A stretch of DNA of 64,000 nucleotides from Eledone cirrhosa (Eukaryota), in the NCBI GenBank assembly GCA_964016885.1, contig OZ024743.1, forward strand, positions 114,142,001-114,206,000, read 5' to 3'. Below are positions 19,076 through 30,504 of this stretch, one piece after another. Under the pieces are notes generated by a model. That model made no database searches. It saw only the letters and a list, made by a program, of their open reading frames with translations, and had not been told where the DNA came from. Every line of letters starts with the position of its first letter. Position 1 is the stretch's first letter. The translations under genes were made by a program, and so were the position numbers.

Positions 19076-19740
19076 CAGATACACAGGCAGAGTGTCACAC
19101 ACACAGGCAGAGTGGCATACACACATACACACACAGGTGGTGACACACACAGAGAGGCAGCTAAAGTGACAACAACAGAGGGGGGAGTACACATGTAGAG
19201 GACCAAGATATTTGAAGACAAAAGAGAAGCTGGTCTCATAAACACACACACACACACACATACACACATACATACACACATACACACACATACACAGGCA
19301 GAGTGTCACACACACAGGCAGAGTGGCATACACACATACACACACAGGTGGTGACACACAGAGAGGCAGCTAAAGTGACAACGACAGAGAGGGGAATACA
19401 CATGTAGAGGACCAAGATATTTGAAGACAAAAGAGAAGCTGGTCTCATAAACACACACACACACACACATACACACATACATACACACATACACAGGCAG
19501 AGTGGCATACACACATACACACACAGGTGGTGACACACACACAGGTGGTGACACACACACAGGTGGTGACACACACACAGAGGCAGCTAAAGTGACAACG
19601 ACAGAGGGGGGAGTACACATGTAGAGGACCAAGATATTTGAAGACAAAAGAGAAGCTGGTCTCATAAACACACGCACACACACACATACACACATACATA
19701 CACACATACACAGGCAGAGTGGCATACACACAGGCAGAGT
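7820..19740. repeat. Higher-order tandem duplication of ~6.05-6.1 kb (copy 1 ~7820-13872, copy 2 ~13873-19740)
   Basis: Rare variants and matching ORFs recur at offsets 6053-6125 (7858/13911, 10259/16384, 11044/17149, 13137/19236). Confidence 0.93.
12236..13805. repeat. Sub-array of ~180-240-bp units with an ~85-bp non-microsatellite core, 8 copies
   Basis: GGCAGCTAAAGTGACAAC...CATGTAGAGGACCAAGATATTTGAAGACAAAAGAGAAGCTGGTCT near 12238, 12460, 12660, 12842, 13057, 13266, 13483, 13720. Confidence 0.95.
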
Positions 19741-19881
19741 GGCATACACACATACACACACAGGTGGTGACACACACACAGGTGGTGACACACACACAGA
19801 GGCAGCTAAAGTGACAACAACAGAGGGGGGAGTACACATGTAGAGGACCAAGATATTTGAAGACAAAAGAGAAGCTGGTCT
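18341..19881. repeat. Second sub-array of the ~85-bp core, 8 copies; the last copy runs into unique sequence
   Basis: Same core near 18343, 18564, 18765, 18947, 19155, 19365, 19582, 19801. Confidence 0.95.
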
Positions 19882-20075
19882 GTACAGAGGCAGAAAAATA
19901 GAAGCAACGTGCAATAAATCAATATTACAGACATTGCAACTATTTCTCTCAATTGATGTTTGCAGTTATGATATTATCATGTTGCAGCACTGGCACAGTG
20001 TGTGAAATTCCAGCAGCACCGTACTGACAAAACATGCTAGAGATGATATTATTATATACAAACATCAACATTTCA

Positions 20076-20520
20076 ACCACCACCAACACCAACACTACCA
20101 CCACCACCACCACTAGCACTAGCACTAGCACCACCACCACTAGCACCACCACCACCTCACACTAGCAACACTAGCAGCAACACTACCACCACCACTAGCA
20201 CCACCACCACCACCAGCCACCACCACCAGCCACCACCACCACCACAACCACCAGCCACCACCACCACCACTAGCACCACCACCACCTCACACTAGCACCA
20301 CCACCACCAACCACCACCACCACCACCACTAGCACCACCACTAGCACCACCACCACCACCACCAACACTACCACCACCACCACCACCACTAGCACCACCA
20401 CCACCTCACACTAGCACCACCACCACCAACACTACCACCACCACCACCACCACTAGCACCACCACCACCACCACTAGCACCACCACCACCTCACACTAGC
20501 ACCACCAGCAGCAACACTAA
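20076..20520. repeat. (CCA)n / CACTAG degenerate trinucleotide repeat
   Basis: Direct reading. Confidence 0.95.
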
Positions 20521-20721
20521 CATCACAAATGTGCATCATGTGTTTGCATGTTGGAGTATGAAGTGTGTCTGTTCTTGTACATTGGTGAAAACCTACGGAG
20601 GAAAAAACAAAAAAAAAACACATGTACACACATCACAGATATGCATATCAGAAACACTACACACACACACACATACACATACACACACACACATATACAT
20701 TTACATGTTTTCTCCTTCGTC

Positions 20722-21178
20722 TTATTATTATTCCTGGGAACATCATATGAGCTGAGTCCTGAAGCATGCCTTCCAGCGGGTCCTGTTAGAAGCAACTATC
20801 TCCAACTGATCCAGCTGGATCCCCAAGTGAGCCCAGCCAAGCACATGGATGTTATCCAACTATCTTGCATGGGGTCTACACCTGAACCTCCTGCGAGTTG
20901 GTTTTGCCTGTAAAATCTCTCCAACAATTCTTTCCTGAGACATTCCAACCACATGTCTGTAGTATCAGAGCTATGATCTCTCAATTCAGAGAAGTAGTGG
21001 CTCTACTTGGAACTATGCATTCTATCAAGTAACGTTACTCCAAGAACCTTTTGGGGGAACTCTATTTCAGCCATTTGTATATGTGATTGCTTTCTTTCAG
21101 TCATTACTCAAGATTCATGAACATAGGTTAGGTTTGGTACGAACACCAAACTCAAGTTAGCGAGTTAGCCTTCTACAC
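20722..21178 (-). mobile_element. RTE-clade LINE 3' fragment (Expander/Rex3-like), degraded
   Basis: Minus strand gives ...VFVPNLTYVHES*VMTERKQSHIQMAEIEF, like the RTE motif VPTLTYGHExWVMTER; homologous to 25510-25985 and 26320-26535. Confidence 0.8.
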
Positions 21179-21184
21179 CTACCT

Positions 21185-21500
21185 ACCTTCTGAATGCTGA
21201 AGCTGGCGCATTACAGGATTGACATGAGCAGCCGGTCTGGAAGTGGTATCAAGATTGGAATTTGCAGAGATGGTACTACTTAATTCATCGGAAGGTGAAC
21301 TCCAGTATGCACTTGATAGGTTTTCTGCCAAGTGCTTCATGGCAGAAATGAAAATTAGTGCAGCGAAGTCTGAGACACTCATCCTTTCATGGAAGCCTGC
21401 ACAGTGCACTCTATGTCGGAGTGGAGTTCCGCTGAAGAAAGTGAAGAATTTCCAGTAACTTGGGGTCATTTTCATTAGTAATGGAAGGCAGGGGGCTAAA
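21185..21500 (+). mobile_element. RT-domain fragment of the same RTE clade, in opposite orientation
   Basis: EFAEMVLLNSSEGELQYALDRFSAKC..MKISAAKSETL..VKNFQ*LGVIF matches a decayed FADD..DLQ..LDRF..MRIS..KSE..FKYLG. Confidence 0.8.
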
Positions 21501-21529
21501 CAAATTTATTTGTATTCATATAAATCCTG

Positions 21530-22365
21530 TGTTATCGCCTTTGGGAGGTGCAATTGTGCAAGGTCAGCTTTTATCACCTCATCCCAAGTTTTCTTAGGTC
21601 TTCCGAATTCATAGCTTCCATCAACTTTGATTGCTTTGCACATTTTTATTAATTGTCATCCTTCATATGCATTTCATGGCCATACCAACATAATTTCCTC
21701 TCCTGCACACTGCATCTGATCCCTCTTATGCCCAGTTTCTCTCTTTCAATCCATTAATGCTTTGCTATTCATGTATAATACTATTTCACATCCTTCAGAG
21801 CATGTAGGCTAAATTTCTTTCCACTGCATACAGTGCCCAGGTCTCACTACTATACAACATTGGTGTTCTTATACATGCATCATGAAATCTGCCCTTCCTT
21901 TTAAGGCAATAACCTTTTGTAGCTAATGGTGGTAATAGCTCCTGAACTTTCTCCATCCTGTTCTCATTCTGGCTACTGTACTTTTGGGACCCCTTCCTCT
22001 ACTGCTAATTTGGTCACCCAAGTAACAGAAACTGTCAACTATTTCTACAGAGCCCTCTAGGCATTTGAAGGATCTATGATAGTATCCCGTAGAGTCTTGC
22101 TACTTACTGCACCTCTGCATTGGCTGCATAAAAAAACCTACATACTTTGATAGCCTACCTGTGATCCCACTATATCTCTTGTGTACCCATAGCTTGCATT
22201 TGGGAGATAGGATGGAATTTTTACCTACTCTTTTCCTACACACTGAACAAGATCCCCTGAGGGAATTTGGGCCCTGTTTTCCTTTCTACATATTAGAACT
22301 TTAGTCTTTTTACAAGTTAACTTTAAGACCTTTTGATTCTAGGCCATGCTTCCAGGATTGGAATT
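21530..22365 (-). mobile_element. RTE LINE fragment, degraded
   Basis: Homologous to 27590-27915 and the reverse complement of 38100-38900 (YLGD..RIRTGW and GRP.KTW motifs). Confidence 0.8.
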
Positions 22366-22469
22366 TACACACACAAACACACGCTCACACAAACACACAC
22401 ACGCTCACATGCACATGCACACACTCACACAAACACACTCACACAAATACACACACACATATATATATT

Positions 22470-22737
22470 ATTTATTGTGATTCATACATGCAACAGTATT
22501 GCTCAACCTTGAGTATTAAGGCACAGGTATGGTGACAACTACAGACTGCACACAGCGGTATAGAATGCATGAAGCAGCAGTGTATCAATTAGGCTTAATT
22601 TATCAGGTGCAGGCATAAGTGTTGCACTGCTACTTCATGCATTCTGCACCACCATGTGCAGTCGCAGTTGCTGCCATGCCTGTGCCTTAGACCTTAAGAT
22701 AACACAATACATGTTACATGTATCGTTTATAATAAAC
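22470..22737. mobile_element. Foldback MITE-like palindrome (~270 bp)
   Basis: Arms pair: TAAGGCACAGGTATGG/CCATGCCTGTGCCTTA, GACTGCACA/TGTGCAGTC, AGAATGCATGAAGCAGCAGTG/CACTGCTACTTCATGCATTCT. Confidence 0.75.
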
Positions 22738-22750
22738 ATATATATATATA

Positions 22751-23113
22751 CAGGGTGTCCCCCAAAAATGTATACACACTTCAACAGCAAAAAAATGCAT
22801 TAAAATAAATTCTGTTTTATATACATTATTTCAATTATGTCATTCTGAGTTCAATTCTGAGTTCAAATCCCGCCAAGGTTAACTTTGCCTTTCATCCTTA
22901 CGGGGGGTCAATAAAATAAAGTACCAGTAATGTACTGGGAAGTTGCTGGCCTTGTGCCAAAAGTAGAAACAATTATTTCAATTATGTAAACATTTTTGGG
23001 TGTTTACATACAATTGAATTATGTCTGTAGATCATTTTATTTTGGGGAAAGGCTGTACATTCTAATAAATACTGCCTGTACAGGTGTGTATACTTTTTGG
23101 GGGACACACTCTG
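22751..23113. mobile_element. Tc1/mariner-type MITE with a nested SINE
   Basis: TIRs CAGGGTGTCCCCCAAAAATGTATACACAC / GTGTGTATACTTTTTGGGGGACACACTCTG, TA on both sides. Confidence 0.8.
22843..22975 (+). mobile_element. 5'-truncated tRNA-derived SINE
   Basis: B-box GTTCAAATCC, core CTTTGCCTTTCATCCTTACGGGG..ATAAAATAAAGTACCAG; flanking duplication ATTATTTCAATTATGT. Confidence 0.85.
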
Positions 23114-23206
23114 TATATATACAGAGAGAGAGAGAAAGAGAAATAAAAATAAATAAATGGATACACTGAGCCATTGCCTAAATTACAGGAAAGAGACTAT
23201 ATCATA

Positions 23207-23870
23207 TCTACTTATATATATAACCAGCAATTTCTCTGTCTGTCTGTCCGACAGTGGAAACACGTGCGTAGAGAGAGAGTGAGAGTGAAAGAAAGAGACA
23301 GACTACGAGAGGGGGATAGCGGGAGGGCGAGAGGGAGAGAAAGAGAGTGAATAGACGCTAAAACTTCCTTTCTCCACTTTCTTTCTCCAAGAGAAACACT
23401 GTCGCTATAGAAACATTACCTTCCCTCTCCACTGACTTTGGTCACTGAGGCCGAGGGAATCGCTGGTTGCTATAGAGACACCTTGTACAAGCCAGAAGTA
23501 ACCAGTTCGAGGCGGTTCTGACTTGACACCATGCGAAGAAGGTTGCCATTGAATTTGTGGTTTGAAGAAGGTTACCATTGAATTTGTGGTTGTTGCTGCT
23601 GATAATAAGGACCATTTGAAGAAGGTTGCTGCTGATGAGGTAATTTATTAATCAGATTGCGCAGTTCCATAACCTACATTTGATTTGTTCAATTTTTTTC
23701 TTCAATTTTTTTGTTGTTTTTTTTTTTATTTCTTATTGAAAAAATATAAATAATAAAATAAGGTTAGAAATTTAAATACAATTAAATACGATTTAATTTC
23801 CATTTCCAGCAGCCAGTGTCCAGTGTTCAATTTCAGGAAAAAATTGGAAATAATTAAAAAAATTGAAGTT
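23207..23870 (+). mobile_element. Probable non-autonomous Helitron, 5' portion
   Basis: TC..TATATATATAACCAGCAATTTCTCTGTCTGTCTGTC resembles the 5' end of the Helitron at 37490-38005; no 3' end seen. Confidence 0.45.
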
Positions 23871-23924
23871 TAACTTTTGAACATTTGTTTTGACAATAAA
23901 AAAATATTTCCTTTTTCACACCTA

Positions 23925-24084
23925 ATGGTGGTAAGAGCTGACCTCAGATCGCTGAAGCTCACAGAGGAGATGACAAAGGACCGTGATGAATGGAGAGATG
24001 CTGTGCTGAAAAAGGACATGTCCCACCCTTGCAAGCAGGGAAAAGCGGACGTAAAATGATGATGATGATGATGATGATGATGAT
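23925..24084 (+). mobile_element. RTE LINE 3' end with (GAT)n tail
   Basis: VVRADLRSLKLTEEMTKDRDEWRDAV, short UTR, GACGTAAAA(TGA)n. Confidence 0.8.
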
Positions 24085-24189
24085 ACAGCACGCCATACAT
24101 TCAGAGGTGTAACTAGGGTATAGCAAGTGTGGGACATGCAATGGGCACCACTTGAAGGGGGCACCACTTGGACTAGGAGAACATTATAT

Positions 24190-24381
24190 TAGCCCTTTAG
24201 TATTTAAACCAGCCATATCTGGCCAGAGTTCTCTCACCTTTTTCTGTTCGAACAGACCATAACTGGCTGCTTATACTTATGTTAAGGTATTGTTCTCATA
24301 GATTCGATATTATGTGAGATAAAGTGTTTACCGAAAAAATACAATATTAAATATAGAGTAATATAAATGCTGAAGGGTTAA
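24190..24381. mobile_element. TTAA-type (piggyBac-like) MITE
   Basis: TTAGCCCTTTAGTATTT ... AAATGCTGAAGGGTTAA. Confidence 0.55.
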
Positions 24382-24918
24382 CCTTTACAGCACGCCATAC
24401 TTGCCATAAATGCAGAGGTGTAACTAGAGTATGATGATCTAGGAGAACATTCTATTAAAGTCAAATAAGCCTCGTCGGAGAGTGAAAAAAGAAACACCTT
24501 CAGATGTATGATCTGTCTCTGATTATCCTGGGTGAGAAACACTATGGTGGCTGGATCATTAAACCATTTATATAAATTATTAGGCTTCCATAGGTAAAGA
24601 TACAGAGCTGAGCAAGTGTGCAATTTCACTGCTTGCCATAGCCGCTATTTTCCCTATAGTTATGCTTCTGCATACATTATACATTACATCATCCTTACCG
24701 TCCTCCCCCACCCCCACCACACTGGGTTATATGTTTGAATCAATGATAAATAAACCTCACTAGTACACATGGCACAATAACATGCAGTCAGTAGAGCATA
24801 GGTACATATGTAAGTGAGATGTAGCTACCCTGACCAACCTGTGAGGTTAATAGATCTGCTTGAGTACTGACAGTCTGTGAAGGCCTGTACAACCCTTGTT
24901 AGCTGGGAAAATAGACAT

Positions 24919-25137
24919 ATGATGACGATGATGATGATGATGATCATCATCATCATTATGATGGCGATGATGATCATGGAGATGGTGATGATGATGGAGA
25001 TGGTAGTGATGATGATGATGATGATGATTATGATGGTGATGATGATGGTGATGATGATCATGGAGACAGTGATGGTGATGATGATGATGATGATGATGAT
25101 GATGGTGATGATGGTGATAATGATGACGGTGGTGATT
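24919..25137. repeat. (GAT)n/(GGT) repeat
   Basis: Direct reading. Confidence 0.95.
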
Positions 25138-25509
25138 CAATATTAAAGTATGGAAAAATTAAATAGTTAAAACCATAAATTGTTAATTCCATTTACCTGT
25201 AGTTGATAATAAACTGCAAGCTTCACAATACTGGTGTGCCACGAGATGTAATTAGGTCTGTCACCAAAGAGCAAGATTCTATTTTAAAATGTGAAAAAAA
25301 TATAAATTGGAATTTGTAATAAAGTTTATATATAACTGTCAAATTAGGACCAACTAAATTAAGAATAAAAATATCCACACAAAAAAAATACCAAATGCAT
25401 GTTTTTCATTAATAATTTTCCTCTAATTATTGACTAAAGCAGGAAATACAAATCATTTTTCTGTGTATTTAGTTATCATTTGTATTTCTACTGTGTGCTA
25501 TGCTTCTTT

Positions 25510-25985
25510 TTTTCTTCTTCTTTGCCCACTTATTCCTGAAAGGGTCATGGAGGCATAATCATCAAGTATGCCTTCCAGCAGATCCTGTCAGAAGCAACCA
25601 GTCTCCAACTGATCCGGTTGGATCGCCAAATATAACCAGCCAAAATCATGGATGTTATTCAACCATCTTGCTCGAGGTCTACTCCTGAGTTCCTGCCAGC
25701 TGGTTTCGCCTGTAAAATCTGTCTAGCGATTCTTTCCTGAGACGTTCTAACCACATGCCCGTAGTATCGGAGCTGTGATCGCTTAATTCGGTGAAGTAGC
25801 GTCTCTACCTGGAGTGACACTCTGATCTACGCATTTTATTAAGTAACATTACTCCAATGACTCTTCGGAGGAATCCCATTTCGGCTGCTTGTATTTGCGA
25901 TCATATTCTTATGGTCATTACCCAAGATTCATGACCATAGGTAAGGGTTGGCACGAATACTGAATTGAAGATAGCTAATTGAAGA
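25510..25985 (-). mobile_element. RTE (Expander/Rex3-like) LINE 3' fragment
   Basis: SVFVPTLTYGHESWVMTIRI..RIQAAEMGFLRRV on the minus strand. Confidence 0.85.
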
Positions 25986-26162
25986 TGTGCTGTGCTAATA
26001 TGTATAAACACTTCTTTTGAATAACTTTTCCAGTTTACTTACAAAGTGAGCTAAAATATTCTTACTTGTATGCCATGAGTAAAGCTTGGGAACCACTGCT
26101 CTAAGAAATCAACACTATAAACATATACAGTCTTTTAGTTATAGTCATGGCAGTGAGGTTAA

Positions 26163-26780
26163 CCCTTTCCTTACCATATTTCTTAAGAAATATGTTTAAG
26201 ATTTGAACTTTTGGAAATGTGAGAATCCCAATCACAAAAATTACCCCTAAAAAGGGATTCTATCTCTAGAAGAATTTACCCAATTTTCTCAGATATTATA
26301 TATAGTGATCAGCTGTTGTTCTTCTTCTTCGCCCACTTATTCCTAAAAGGGATGTGGGGGTCAGAGTCATCAAGTACACCTTCCAGTGGATCCTGTCAGA
26401 AGCAACCATCTCCAATTGATCCAGCTGGATCCCCAAGCGAGACCAACCAAGCTCATGGATGTTATCCAACCATCTTGTTCGGGGTCTACCTCTGAGTCTC
26501 CTACCTGTTGGTTTTGCCCATAAAATATGTCCAGTTGTTATTACAGTTATTTTCAGTGTTTGATATTCTCACATTGCAAACTCCCAGCACCACAATAATT
26601 CATTAATTTGGAAAGGATTTACACAAAATATAGAATCATTAAAATGGTATTTGTAATATACAAAAATGTTCTTATATAAAATTATGGTTGAAAGTTTTAA
26701 TTTTAGTACGAACCCTTAAAAATGGTTGGGTTTGTTTCATAGAAACAGAAGCAAATTTTGGCAGTTTCATATCAAAAGGG
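26163..26780. mobile_element. TTAA-flanked (piggyBac-like) MITE with a nested RTE 3' fragment (26320-26535)
   Basis: TTAA-CCCTTT ... AAAGGG-TTAA; inner segment homologous to 25510-25720. Confidence 0.65.
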
Positions 26781-27011
26781 TTAAGGGTTCATATTCCAAC
26801 CATATGAATTTGGTTCAGTGACATTGTAAGCATCTTTGCAAGTGTCTTCTATTATTGCATTGGGTTGACCAATAACTTTTGAGTGGAATTAGGTCATGGA
26901 AAAGCCCATTGTGTGTGTGCAAGTGTGTGTGTATATGTGAGCATAACAGCATGTGTGTGTGTGTATGTGTGTGTGTATGCGATATTCTATATTGTGGTTA
27001 ACAGATGAGTT

Positions 27012-27058
27012 TTGTTATTCTGGGATTTCACCTGTGTACTCATAGGTTCATCAGACAA
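27012..27058 (-). ncRNA. Hammerhead ribozyme motif (type I, PLE-like)
   Basis: Minus strand: TTGT CTGATGA ACCT-atgagtacac-AGGT GAAA TCCCAGAA TA ACAA. Confidence 0.6.
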
Positions 27059-27221
27059 GACCAGAGGTATTAGACTACTTCAGTATTGAGTTGTCATTCC
27101 TACATCTATCAACTTTGCACAGATAACAACCTTTATACACACATACATACAGCTTTGTATGCATGTATAACACACACACAAACATATATATATATGTGTG
27201 TGTGTGTGTGTGTATATACAT

Positions 27222-27917
27222 ATCATCATCACGTCCGTTCTTCCATGTGAGCATGGGTTAGATGGGTTGTCCTGTTGTGGGCAGTGTCCGATCGGCTGAC
27301 CATGCCTTGCTCATACGGGAACTGATTCTGGCTTGATTTCTACAACTGGATGCCCTTCCTAACACCAACCTCATTTACAGTGAGTGCTGGGTGCTTTTTT
27401 TCCGTGGCGCCTACACGTCCACTTTACAGTTTGGGCTGGGTGCTTTGTTGCCGTGGCACCTCCACGACCACTTTGCAGTGGGAGGGGGTGGGGCATATTG
27501 TCTATATGCTTCAGCTTCCACTTGTGCCCATGAGAAGTCGGGTCTTCTGTATTACTGCGTGACACCAGAGGTCACGGTCGTGTGTCATCGCCCTTGAGAG
27601 ATGTAATTGGGTACGGTCGGCTTTTATCACCTCATCCCAGGTCTTCTTGGGTCTCCCCACTCCACGGTTTCCATCGACTTCTAGTCCTCTGCACCTTTTT
27701 ATGCAGCTGTCATCCTTCATACGCATCACATGTCCATACCAACACAACCACCTCTCCTGCACACAGCATTTGATTCCTCTTATGCTCAGTCTCTCTCTCA
27801 ATTCATTTATGCTTTGCTGTTCGAGTATATTACTAGTACACATCCATCGGAGCATGCAGGCTTCGTTTCTTTCTAATCTACACAAGTCTTCCACAGACAG
27901 CGCCCAGGTCTCACTAA
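27222..27917 (-). mobile_element. RTE LINE 3' fragment with UTR and (GAT)n tail
   Basis: ORF 27511-27894: RLERNEACMLRWMC...WYGHVMRM...GRPKKTW. Confidence 0.9.
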
Positions 27918-28325
27918 CATATATATATATATATACATATATATATGTGGAGCGGGGTATCTATAGCCGTATGTTCACTGTTTGTTTATATCTTGTAACA
28001 GAGGGATCAATAAAATTAAGTACAAGACATGAAAAAATAAGTCAATATGATCATACACACATGCACACACACACACACACGTACATACACATACATATAC
28101 ACATACACACACAGCTGCAACAGGGACATCTCTCTTAAATAGCACACCGTTCTGACTTAAGAGTAAAAACAAACATATTATATAATATAATCCTTCACAC
28201 ACTGTGCCTAAAAAGACAAGATTGAGGTGGGGGAACGATTAACAGCCCACAGCACATATTTGATCATAGACTCACTGGATCAAAGCTGGCCTACAGGTAA
28301 ACAACAAACAAAACTCATGCACACA

Positions 28326-28493
28326 CAGTGCTGGATATACCATTACGCTTAGGTGTGCTTAAGCACAGGGCCCCATTGGCTAGGAAGGGGGGCATTTTCC
28401 TGCACCCAAAATTTTTTCAGATGAATTTTTAAAATGTTCGAGTCCTCATAACTTAACTAGCGCAGGGCCTCATTTGTCCTAAATCCGGCACTG
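28326..28493. mobile_element. Small MITE with hAT-like ends
   Basis: TIRs CAGTGCTGGAT / ATCCGGCACTG; no clear TSD. Confidence 0.55.
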
Positions 28494-28497
28494 CTCA

Positions 28498-28555
<58 letters not shown>

Positions 28556-29251
28556 TATGGGCTTATAATTATAGCTATCAGTTAATATATATCATCATCA
28601 GGTCAGTGGTTGTAATTGCATGAGACACACGATAGTGACAAAGTAAAGCAGCTTCAGTAAATTACCACCTTGCCATGCATAAATACATACATATATACAT
28701 ACATACACACATACATGCACATATACACATATGTACATGCACACATACATGCATACATATATATATATATACATACATACATACACATATTCATATGTAC
28801 ATAAATACATAAATATATTTATATACATATATATATATATATAACGCATGCTAGCGTCGAAAATGGACGTTAAACGAAGATGATGATGATGATGATGATG
28901 ATGATATACAAACATACACACACATCCATACGTATATACATACATATATACACATATACACACATATGTACATGTATACATACATCTATCCATACATACA
29001 TACATACACACACCCATACATACATGCACACATCCATACATACATACACACATCCATACATACAAACATACTTACATACAAACATACATACATACACACA
29101 TACATACAAACATACATACATACACACATACACACATACATACATACACACATATATACATACATACATACACACATACACACATACACACATGCATACA
29201 AACATACATACAAACATACATACATACATACATACAAACATACACACATAC

Positions 29252-29894
29252 AATGTGGAAGACATTTACATAATATGAAAGAGTACTGGTGGAATATTCC
29301 AGTAAAAACCCCAATAAAATGCAGGCATAACAGACCAGATATTATGATATGGAACAGGGAGAAGAAAACATGCACAGTAGTGGAAATTAGCTGCCCAGCA
29401 GATGCCAATATAATATCAAAGATTAGTGAAAAGGAGAATATTTATGCAGAAGTGATGAGAAATCTGCAGATACTCCACCCTGATTACACCTTCAGATTTA
29501 TGCCTGTGATTATTGGGGCACTGGGGTATGTTAGTAACTGCCTTAATACAAATCTTGAGAAGCTAGGCTTCACAGGAACAGAAAGAACACTAGTTAGGAA
29601 ATTACAAGTACAATCCATTAATGGAATAGTAAAATTATGTAAAACATTCCAAAAATTTTGCATCTAATAACTGCATATACACATGTACAGATACAAAGCA
29701 TATACACATGCACACATACAACTCAAAACATCCACATCCACACATACAATAACATCCATATCTACACATGCATGCATACATACATATCTACCTAGTTGAT
29801 GTTGTGTAAATTCCAATGAGAGAGTCTTGTGTCTATGTTAGAAACCGACTCTCTCTCTATTGGTAAAACTTTGTGAAATTATAAAACCAGAAGA
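29252..29894 (+). mobile_element. 5'-truncated R4/Dong-like non-LTR retrotransposon: restriction-like endonuclease C-terminus and 3' UTR
   Basis: WNIPVKT..HNRPDIMIW..C..VEISCP.D.N..K..EK..Y..IIGALG (PD-D/ExK endonuclease); stop at 29667; UTR hairpin 29813-29863. Confidence 0.85.
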
Positions 29895-30120
29895 ACATAC
29901 ATACACACATACATATATACATACATACATACATACATACATACACACACATCCATACATACATACATACAAACATACACACATACATACAAACATACAT
30001 ACATACATACATACATACATACACACACATCCATACATACAAACATACATACAAACATACACACATACATACATACAAACATACACACGTACATACATAC
30101 ATACAAACATACATACATAC

Positions 30121-30386
30121 ATGGTGGCTGCCAACTCGTTTTCGAGTACGGCCACTACTTTATATCCATGTAGGAGAACTCCTACCGATGCGCTGAACGA
30201 GTGTGACTTTTTAGTCCAGCCAGCGACTTGAAAACTCTGGAACAAACACTACACGTGTGACAATTATTGACACATAGTGCTGGGCCCATGGTACCATGTG
30301 ACGACAAGTGCTGAGAGATCTCCAGATATAAAGCAATGCCTGTGCCGTGAAGCTTTTATAGTGAGCAAAGGCACTGCACAAAGCCA
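30121..30386 (-). mobile_element. Truncated copy of the ~610-bp non-coding repeat at 46246-46853
   Basis: Highly similar to 46246-46510 with the same terminus ATGGTGGCTGCC. Confidence 0.85.
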
Positions 30387-30504
30387 TACATACATACATA
30401 CATACATACATACATACCAGAAATTAAGTATGTAATTACTCCATATAAATGTTAAGTGTACATAGTCAAAAACATACCAATCCATGCATGCAATGACATC
30501 CATA

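Larger units (their letters stand above)
1..19881. repeat. Complex CA-rich satellite, basic unit ~30-36 bp (GACAGAGTGACA[T/A]ACACACACAGCCACACACACA and variants)
   Basis: Hundreds of tandem GACAGAGTGACA cores separated by (CA)n; the Cys/Val and His/Thr ORFs here are translations of this repeat. Confidence 0.98.

Noticed and set aside
1-19881. Very long Cys/Val-rich (up to 1280 aa) and His/Thr-rich ORFs as metallothionein-like or structural proteins
   Set aside because: Several overlapping frames are open at once because (TG)n lacks stops; there is no frame preference
19988-20027. Plus-strand terminal exon (TGTVCEIPAAPY*)
   Set aside because: Weak acceptor, very short, no supporting upstream exon
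29813-29863. Hammerhead in the R4-like 3' UTR
   Set aside because: Core reads CCAATGA and the region folds better as one hairpin
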